Assembly: GCA_040220235.1 (NCBI GenBank)
Contig: JAVJTO010000137.1
Strand: one strand, 5' to 3'
DNA length: 25,109 bases
Source: Coleofasciculus sp. B1-GNL1-01
Lineage (GTDB): Bacteria; Cyanobacteriota; Cyanobacteriia; Cyanobacteriales; Coleofasciculaceae
The position numbers and the translations under genes were made by a program. Positions 9,023 to 15,574 of this stretch are shown here, piece by piece; the stretch's first letter is position 1; each line of letters opens with the position of its first letter. The notes under the pieces are model-generated. The model worked only from the letters and a program-made list of their open reading frames with translations, was not told the origin of the DNA and did not search any database.

Positions 9023-9976
9023 ATGCCAAGTTTAACCTTAGCGAGTCTGAATCAACCAAGTGAAGAGAACTCTGATTCACTTGAATTGGATTGCCTCAAG
9101 TGGGAGGCAGAATTCTCATTTATCAGTTATGGGGTGCGTATTGGCATTCGCGTCAATAAAGCAAAGGTGTTGGAATGCCTTCCTGATTATTTGCCCCCCG
9201 GTTGGCAACCTTCCGCCTCACCCGATGTAGATCAACTGTACTCGCTGATTGGTGATGAATCGAATTATCAACTCTGGCGCGATCGCGAGATACTGGCTGA
9301 AGCGAGTTTACTGGAAACAATACTGCATACCTTAGACACCGATTTGCGCTTACAGATTGGCATGTTGGTGCAGGACAGATTGTTTGTCCATGCGGGGGTG
9401 GTGGGGTGGCGAGGACGAGCGATCGTGATTCCGGGACGCAGTTTTAGTGGTAAAACTACCTTAACGGCGGCGTTGGTACAGGCTGGTGCGACTTATTATT
9501 CTGACGAATATGCCGTATTTGACTTGCGGGGATGGGTTCATCCTTATCCCCGGCGCTTGGCAATCCGGGAATGGGAGGGAGAACAGGAGGTAAAACGGCA
9601 ATGTACCGCCGAGGAACTTGGGGGAACGGTGGGAAGTGAACCCTTACCTGTGGGGTTGGTGGCTCATGTTCAATATCAGCCGAATGTGGTATGGTGTCCC
9701 CAAAAGATTTCTGCTGGAGAAGCAGTGTTGGCGCTATTGGATAATGCGATAGTCGCTCGGACTCGACCTGAGTTTGCCCTATCTATTTTACCGAGTGTTG
9801 TTTCCGATGCTTTCAGGATTGCCGGGAAGCGGGGGGAAGCTGCAGCAGTGGCGGTAGCGTTGTTGCACCAATTGGATGATTGGATTGAGGATTCCTCAGA
9901 TATTACACCTGTCGCTTTAACCATCAAACCCGCGAACCTCCCAGAAGAAAAAAGAAAAGAAATGCGATCGCGCTAA
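9023..9976 (+). CDS. HPr kinase/phosphorylase-related P-loop kinase (type found in RiPP clusters)
   Basis: LFVHAGVVGWRGRAIVIPGRSFSGKTTL (HxG + Walker A), YYSDEYAV and VHPYPRRL. The ATG at 9023 is preferred over the TTG at 8981. Confidence 0.75.
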   Translation: MPSLTLASLNQPSEENSDSLELDCLKWEAEFSFISYGVRIGIRVNKAKVLECLPDYLPPGWQPSASPDVDQLYSLIGDESNYQLWRDREILAEASLLETILHTLDTDLRLQIGMLVQDRLFVHAGVVGWRGRAIVIPGRSFSGKTTLTAALVQAGATYYSDEYAVFDLRGWVHPYPRRLAIREWEGEQEVKRQCTAEELGGTVGSEPLPVGLVAHVQYQPNVVWCPQKISAGEAVLALLDNAIVARTRPEFALSILPSVVSDAFRIAGKRGEAAAVAVALLHQLDDWIEDSSDITPVALTIKPANLPEEKRKEMRSR

Positions 9977-10018
9977 TATTTAAGTTTTGAGATGGAAGCA
10001 AGCAACTGAGGAAAAATA

Positions 10019-10621
10019 ATGACGACGCTGCTCATTCAAACCCAAAATGTCCCCCTGACAGTGAATTTTCCTGCTCTCAAATCGATTAGTGTTGAACAAT
10101 TCTACGAATTCTGTCTAGCCAATCGCGATTTGAGAATCGAGCGTACTGCCAGTGGGGAAGTGATTATTATGCCACCAGCCTTTTCAGATACAGGGAATCG
10201 CAACATGAAAATTGCTCAACAAGTTGCGAACTGGGCAGAACAAGATGGTACGGGTGAAGTGTTTGACTCCAGCGCTGGCTTTACCTTACCCAATGGAGCA
10301 ACCCGCTCCCCTGATGCTTCATGGATTAAATTAGAGCGCTGGGATGCCTTAAGTGAGGAACAAAAAGCCTCTTTTGCACCGATTTGTCCAGATTTCGTCA
10401 TTGAGTTACGTTCTCAGAGCGATACCCTTAGTGGATTGCAAGACAAAATGCAGGAATATATTGACAATGGTACATTACTCGGCTTGTTGATCGACCGCAA
10501 AAACAGAAATGTTTATATCTACCGCCCCAATCAAGAACCGGAAATCTTGGAGAATCCTGAAACAGTCAGCGGTGAGCCAGTGCTACCAGGATTTGTCTTG
10601 CGGATGGCAAAAATTTGGTGA
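10019..10621 (+). CDS. Uma2/DUF820 family restriction-endonuclease-fold protein
   Basis: RIERTASGEVIIMPP, FDSSAGFTLPNGATRSPDASW, PICPDFVIELRS, KMQEYIDNG and GEPVLPGF; RBS-like GAGGA upstream. Confidence 0.9.
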   Translation: MTTLLIQTQNVPLTVNFPALKSISVEQFYEFCLANRDLRIERTASGEVIIMPPAFSDTGNRNMKIAQQVANWAEQDGTGEVFDSSAGFTLPNGATRSPDASWIKLERWDALSEEQKASFAPICPDFVIELRSQSDTLSGLQDKMQEYIDNGTLLGLLIDRKNRNVYIYRPNQEPEILENPETVSGEPVLPGFVLRMAKIW

Positions 10622-10701
10622 TTGACATTTAGGGAGCGCGATCGCAGCCACAAAATTTTCTGGTAAGATGCTGCCAGCCGAATTTTTAGGAGTAAACGAG
10701 G

Positions 10702-11370
10702 ATGATACCGTTAGCTAGAACTAACAAATTGCTGATTACCCAAGTCGGTGAAGAAGTTATTGCTTATGACCAAGAACGGGATACGGCACATTGTTTGAAT
10801 GCGATAGCGGCGAGGGTTTGGCATTACTGTGATGGTCAAAATACTGTTGAGGATATTGCCAAACTGTTATCAGAGGATTTAGAAGTATCGGCAGATGAGG
10901 ATGTTGATTGGCGCGGATTGGTTTGGTTGACGTTGGAGGAATTGGAGTGTTTTTATCTGATTCAGGAGTATCTATCGCAACCTATAAGTTCAGAGGTTCA
11001 GCCAGCCGATGCGTTACGGGTTTCACGGCGGAAGATGATTAAGACGGCGACGTTAGTGGGTGGATTTGCCGTAGGTTCAATGTTTCCTCTAGTTAAGTCG
11101 ATTGTTGCACCAGCGCCGGGAATGGCAACACCACAATCACCAACACCATCGCCGACTCCATCACCGACTCCCACTCCGACACCAACACCAACCCCAACAC
11201 CAACCCCCACCCCAACTCCTACATGTGAAGAACGTGGTGGTATGATAATTACCCAAACTTGTACAGTTAACGGACGCCAACTAAGTGCTAGCTGTTGTTT
11301 TCCATTTGAAAGATTGCAATGTGGAATCGACGAAAACGGAAAGCCATTTGCAAGATGCGTTAACGCATAA
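10702..11370 (+). CDS. PqqD/RRE-domain protein fused to a putative exported precursor peptide (twin-Arg leader, PT tract, 6-Cys core)
   Basis: aa 1-90 are PqqD-like (VGEEVIAYD..AHCLNAIAARVWHYCDGQNTVEDIA). aa 108-142 read SRRKMIK, a hydrophobic stretch, then PLVKSIVAPAP. aa 147-174 are 14 Pro-Thr/Ser dyads. Cys at 175, 187, 198, 199, 207 and 219. AGGAG and GAGG lie upstream. Confidence 0.75.
   Translation: MIPLARTNKLLITQVGEEVIAYDQERDTAHCLNAIAARVWHYCDGQNTVEDIAKLLSEDLEVSADEDVDWRGLVWLTLEELECFYLIQEYLSQPISSEVQPADALRVSRRKMIKTATLVGGFAVGSMFPLVKSIVAPAPGMATPQSPTPSPTPSPTPTPTPTPTPTPTPTPTPTCEERGGMIITQTCTVNGRQLSASCCFPFERLQCGIDENGKPFARCVNA
11140..11223 (+). repeat. Coding (Pro-Thr/Ser)14 low-complexity tract
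   Basis: Encoded with mixed synonymous codons (CCA/CCG/CCC/CCT; ACA/ACT/ACC), so it is not a perfect DNA microsatellite. Confidence 0.9.
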
Positions 11371-11385
11371 ATCTAGAAAAGAAAA

Positions 11386-12951
11386 ATGATAGCTTATTTC
11401 AGCACCTTCATTGTCGGTACTGTATTTTTTGTGACCGGAGTAGCTAAGGTTTTTAGTTCAGAAAAATTTATCCATCATAATTATAAATATAATTTGATGC
11501 CACCAAAGATTGTCCCTCAAGTGTCAATTACCTTTATCGGGTTTGAGACGGCTTTTGGTGTTGCTCTAATTTTGCATGAATTCCCTAAATGGCTAATTCC
11601 TGGCTCAATTATTTTGATAGTAGCTTTATCAATATTAAACTATTGGTCAACGTCTACAGGGCGCACTGACGACGATTGTGGTTGTTATGGTGGAATCGTA
11701 CTGATTACTCCTCGGCAAAGTTTGCTCTTGAATGTAGGATATATCATTTTACTGATCGCCGCTTGGCTCAGTCTCATCACCAATCATCAGACAGAAACCT
11801 GGCAATGGATACTGACATTAATTGTATGGGCATTTACTAGCCTCCTTGCATGGCTATCTAGAAACAAACCCTTAGTAGACTTCTCCCGCCTAAAAACTGG
11901 AAACCGCTGGAAACGCCGTTGGCTAAAAGATAGCACCCATGACTTACAACAAGGGTCTCATTTTGTCGTGTTCCTGAGTAAAAACTGTCCCTACTGCAAA
12001 AAATGGATACCCTTACTCAATATCATGAACACCCAGAAAGATTTACCCCAAGTCACGGGTATCATGTCCCTCACTCAGGAAGAAATCGAGACATTTAAAA
12101 GTGAACAACGGGTACGCTTCCCAGTAGTCTCCATGGATAAGCTGCTATTCGGTTACATGGTGGAAGCCTTACCCACTGCTGTCTTAATTGAAGATGGGAG
12201 AATTTCCAGTAAATGGATAGGACGAATACCCGAAGAATTTGTTAATCGTATCAAACAATACTACGAGAAAGCACTCGTCACTAAAACCAAACAGAACGGA
12301 TTTATTAAATCCCCGGAACCATTCATCCCCTTAAAATTATCCAAAACCACAATTTCCCCAGCACATCATTACCTGCAAATTGATGATTTTCTCCCAACGG
12401 AAGAGTGGAACCGCTTGCTTAACTATGCCTTAAACCAACAATCGGCTTTTACCCCAAGCGCCACCTCAACCAATGAACCAGATTATCGTCAGTCGATGAT
12501 TCTTCACTCATTGCCTGAGTTTTCCGAATTAATGGTCAAGCGAATTCTGTCAATTATTCCCCATCTCCACAGAGAATTAGAGTTAGAGCCATTTATTCCA
12601 TCTCAAGTTGAAACTCAATTGACCGCCCATAACGATGGAAATTACTACAAAATTCACAACGACAATGGAAGTTGGGAAACCACCAATCGAGAACTCACCT
12701 ACGTTTACTATTTTTACCGTAAACCCAAGCCCTTTTCGGGCGGAGAATTAGTCATCTACGACACCAAAACCGAGGATAACTCTTATGTGAAAGGCGACTC
12801 ATTTAAAATTATTGAACCTCGAAACAACAGTCTGATTGTTTTCCCTAGTCGTTACCTTCACGAAGTCCTGCCAGTCCGTTGTCCCTCACAATCCTTTGCT
12901 GATAGCCGCTTTACCGTTAATGGCTGGATTCGCAGGTCTCTGTTTAATTGA
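11386..12951 (+). CDS. Triple fusion: MauE/DoxX membrane domain + thioredoxin-like (MauD-like) domain + 2OG-Fe(II) oxygenase (prolyl 4-hydroxylase-like)
   Basis: About 5 hydrophobic segments with FFVTGVAK and DCGCYGG (MauE-like). FLSKNCPYCKK and EALPTAVLIEDG give a CxxC thioredoxin fold. YYKIHNDNG (HxD), FSGGELVIYD, YLHEVLPV (distal His) and SRFTVNGWI mark the oxygenase. Confidence 0.8.
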   Translation: MIAYFSTFIVGTVFFVTGVAKVFSSEKFIHHNYKYNLMPPKIVPQVSITFIGFETAFGVALILHEFPKWLIPGSIILIVALSILNYWSTSTGRTDDDCGCYGGIVLITPRQSLLLNVGYIILLIAAWLSLITNHQTETWQWILTLIVWAFTSLLAWLSRNKPLVDFSRLKTGNRWKRRWLKDSTHDLQQGSHFVVFLSKNCPYCKKWIPLLNIMNTQKDLPQVTGIMSLTQEEIETFKSEQRVRFPVVSMDKLLFGYMVEALPTAVLIEDGRISSKWIGRIPEEFVNRIKQYYEKALVTKTKQNGFIKSPEPFIPLKLSKTTISPAHHYLQIDDFLPTEEWNRLLNYALNQQSAFTPSATSTNEPDYRQSMILHSLPEFSELMVKRILSIIPHLHRELELEPFIPSQVETQLTAHNDGNYYKIHNDNGSWETTNRELTYVYYFYRKPKPFSGGELVIYDTKTEDNSYVKGDSFKIIEPRNNSLIVFPSRYLHEVLPVRCPSQSFADSRFTVNGWIRRSLFN

Positions 12952-12956
12952 ATACC

Positions 12957-14069
12957 ATGGAAACCATTTTTATTCAAATCGCCGCCTATCGCGATCGCGA
13001 ACTCATCCCCACAGTCCAAGATGCGATCGCCCAAGCTACCCACCCTGAACGCCTCAGTTTCGGTATTTGCTGGCAATACCAAACTGAGGAAGAGTTAAAC
13101 TCGATTAATTTACTGAGGCAAATTAACAACTGTCGGATTAAAGCTATCCCAGCTACCCAATCTCGTGGTGCAGGCTGGGCACGGGCAAAAACCCAAAAAC
13201 TCTGGCAGGGAGAACGTTATACCCTACAAATCGACTCCCACATGCGCTTGGCAACAGGGTGGGATACCCAGCTTATTGAAATGCTTGCTCAATGTCCTAG
13301 TGATAAAGCTATTCTCAGTGCCTATCCTCCCGCCTACGAACCGCCCAGAAACTTACTGGGAAACACACCGAGTCGATTAGTAGCCAATAGATTTAATGAA
13401 TCTGGTATTCTCGGTCTTGTCGCTACAGATGATTTGAGCAACTATTCCAGCCCACAGCCCGGTGCTTTTATTGCTGCTGGATTTGTTTTTTCAGATGCTT
13501 TGATCATTAAAGAAGTCCCCTATGACCCCAATATATACTTTCTCGGAGAAGAAGTCCTCTTTTCAGCTAGAGCCTGGACAAGGGGTTGGGATATTTTCCA
13601 TCCTCATCGTGTCGTCTGCTGGCACTATTACCATAGCAATGGCAAACGCTCCGTACACTGGGCAGATCACCAAGACTGGTGGACTCATAATCAAGTGTCT
13701 GAGCAAAGATTCAGACAAATTACAGGGAGTGAATTTTCCTCTAAAAAGTTTAAAGTCTATGGTTTGGGGACAACTCGCACGTTAGCCGAGTATGAAGCTC
13801 TTACAGGAATTCATTTTCAACAAAGAAGAAAAGATAACGATTTAGAACTACTCCAACTTGGCGTCAGAACTCAGATAGACTCTCCAACTGCCGATAGAAT
13901 CAGAACCTTGCTCAAAGAAGACATTGACTGGACATCTCTCATCGACACGGCATATCACCACGGACTCCTGCCACTCTTATACCACAATCTCAATACCATC
14001 TGTCCAGAAGCCGTTCCCTCTGCTACATTTGTGACATTGCTCAAGTTATTCGTACTTATCCCAACTTAA
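12957..14069 (+). CDS. Skp1-type hydroxyproline N-acetylglucosaminyltransferase-like protein (GT60/GlcNAc family) with an N-terminal nucleotidyltransferase remnant at its C-terminus
   Basis: IFIQIAAYRD, GAGWAR, LQIDSHMR (DxH), LSAYPP, FIAAGFVFS, EVPYDP, FLGEE, RAWTRGWDIF and YGLGTTRTLAEY. The ATG at 12957 lies 5 nt after the upstream stop; the alternative TTG at 12948 overlaps that stop. Confidence 0.8.
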   Translation: METIFIQIAAYRDRELIPTVQDAIAQATHPERLSFGICWQYQTEEELNSINLLRQINNCRIKAIPATQSRGAGWARAKTQKLWQGERYTLQIDSHMRLATGWDTQLIEMLAQCPSDKAILSAYPPAYEPPRNLLGNTPSRLVANRFNESGILGLVATDDLSNYSSPQPGAFIAAGFVFSDALIIKEVPYDPNIYFLGEEVLFSARAWTRGWDIFHPHRVVCWHYYHSNGKRSVHWADHQDWWTHNQVSEQRFRQITGSEFSSKKFKVYGLGTTRTLAEYEALTGIHFQQRRKDNDLELLQLGVRTQIDSPTADRIRTLLKEDIDWTSLIDTAYHHGLLPLLYHNLNTICPEAVPSATFVTLLKLFVLIPT

Positions 14070-14404
14070 ATTGGCAAACTCTCATCGAAACTGCCAGGAG
14101 ATTGGGAAGTTTACGAATGCTCTATTTTGGACTTTTGTTAGCCAGCAACCTCCTGGATACAACCATTCCCCAAGACATTTGGCTCAACATAAAAGCCGAC
14201 ACCGTAGCCCTATCCCTAGCCAACCAAGTCTGCCAGCATCTTTTTGGCAAAGGCAATCGTCAGTCCTCTTTTTTCCGTTACTTACCCACCCCGATCAATA
14301 TCCGGATTCAACGCTTTATTTTTTATGCCAGAATCCGGGAAAAAATGCAACACAAAACTCAGTACATTGCCGACTTCCTGCGGCGAGAAGTAATACAGCC
14401 CTGA
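13833..14404 (+). pseudogene. Nucleotidyltransferase-family (NTP_transf_5-like) domain with central deletion and frameshift
   Basis: Frame A (13833-14026) reads ELLQLGVRTQIDSPTADRIRTLLKEDIDWTSLIDTAYHHGLLPLLYHNL..PEAVP, the family N-terminus. Frame B, from 14027, reads ICDIAQVIRTYPNLNWQTLIETARRLGSLRMLYFGLLLA, the family C-terminus. The catalytic LKG..DxD core is absent. Confidence 0.65.
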
Positions 14405-14600
14405 CTTCGCGATCACACCTGAAGATAAAGTAAGTGAAGTGTTATGACTACTGTAACTTTCCATCACCTTCAGAAAGCAGAGTTTTGTGGAAATAATCGC
14501 ACTCCCGATAACTGAGATATTGCAGCATTTTCAATCAGCTAGGGTTGCTCTCAATAATATGAGAATCCATCAGAAAGTTTATCCTGGAGTTTCGGAATTA

Positions 14601-14691
14601 TAGCAGTCGCCAGGGTCATTAGGACATTAAGATCAATGCCATGTATTGTCTTGAGCCATGCCTAGTGTCCTAACCGTTGTGGCAGTTGCTA
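14601..14691. repeat. Small TAGCA-ended inverted-repeat (MITE-like) element
   Basis: Left end TAGCAGTCGCCAGGGTCATTAGGACA versus the reverse complement of the right end, TAGCAACTGCCACAACGGTTAGGACA. Confidence 0.55.
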
Positions 14692-14816
14692 AGCTGTTCG
14701 GCATTTAAACCTTAATATCAATAATGGCGCAATCCTTGTAGTGCGTTTAGCGAAGCCATGCCGCAGGCTTTGCATCTTGCTCGCTACTAATACCCAATTT
14801 AAATGCATGACAGCTT
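14691..14816. mobile_element. MITE (AAGCTGT..CATTTAAA TIRs, TA-flanked) carrying an extra 26-nt insert
   Basis: TIRs AAGCTGTTCGGCATTTAAA / AAGCTGTCATGCATTTAAA. A near-identical inverted copy at 22948-23047 lacks the 14746-14771 insert. Confidence 0.75.
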
Positions 14817-14836
14817 ACACAATCCAACATCCTACC

Positions 14837-15451
14837 TTAAGACAAATGTTGTTCACATCGCTGAAAAATATAGCGCAGTAAACCTAAAATCTCGTCGAGA
14901 TGAGCAATTCCATAGAGTAATGTTTCATACACCTCACCTTCAGTTGTTAATTTATAAAACCGCCAACCATCTCCATTGGTAACGATTCCAAATACATCAA
15001 TCTCCTGCTCGCGTTGGCGATTTTGCCAGGAACACGCTTGCATTTCTACTAAACACTGAGCTAATCCTTGCTCAAAGTCATCTTTTTTGGCTTCAACAAT
15101 ACAGAGATAAGGAGCTTCAATATACGCCTTACGTTCAGCAATCAAGTAATCAACATTTCCTGTGGTTATATCAGAGTCTAGAGCCGCCCCTTTCCATATT
15201 TTCAACTTCTTATAGGGTTGTATAGCTTCTTCGCAAATTGCATCAATCACTATTTTTTTAGATTCTTCATACTTTTGTAAGTCAAAACATTGTAATCTAG
15301 CCCAGCGTTCTTGGAAAAAGGGACTGGGTATAACAGATTGGCTATCAATATTCCAGAGTAATAATTCAGTGATGCTTAATTGCTTGTAAGCTTCTGTGGT
15401 ATTAAAACTAGCAAAGTTTTTTTTCTTTCGCTTTTTTGCATTTGACGACAT
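14837..15451 (-). CDS. Hypothetical protein with a PD-(D/E)xK restriction-endonuclease-like fold
   Basis: GNVDYLIA..LCIVEAKKDDFEQGLAQCLVEM and VFGIVTNGDGWRF (D..ExK and TxG..W motifs, HsdR-N-like). Confidence 0.7.
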   Translation of the reverse strand: MSSNAKKRKKKNFASFNTTEAYKQLSITELLLWNIDSQSVIPSPFFQERWARLQCFDLQKYEESKKIVIDAICEEAIQPYKKLKIWKGAALDSDITTGNVDYLIAERKAYIEAPYLCIVEAKKDDFEQGLAQCLVEMQACSWQNRQREQEIDVFGIVTNGDGWRFYKLTTEGEVYETLLYGIAHLDEILGLLRYIFQRCEQHLS

Positions 15452-15574
15452 GTCACGCCTTCCTGGTTAAAAAATACGCCGAAAAGGACTTATAGCTGGG
15501 GGTGAGGGTTTTAGCTTAGAGTGAATAGCACGCTCAGATGAGGCTGGTGGGCAATGCCCACCCTACCTTTTGTG

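Noticed and set aside
10998..11210. Antisense ORF with a (GV)n repeat
   Set aside because: It is the reverse-strand shadow of the PT tract; the sense frame carries the recognisable domains and RBS.
11386..12300. Methylamine utilisation (mau) operon
   Set aside because: There is no mauA, mauB or mauG, and the Cys-rich core has no Trp residues for a TTQ cofactor.
14020..14035. Programmed ribosomal frameshift joining GT60 to the downstream ORF
   Set aside because: No slippery heptamer is visible, and the joined product would still lack the catalytic core; a deletion explains it better.
9023..14404. Lasso peptide cluster (RRE + kinase + nucleotidyltransferase)
   Set aside because: There is no asparagine-synthetase-like cyclase, no transglutaminase-like peptidase and no lasso-type precursor in the window.
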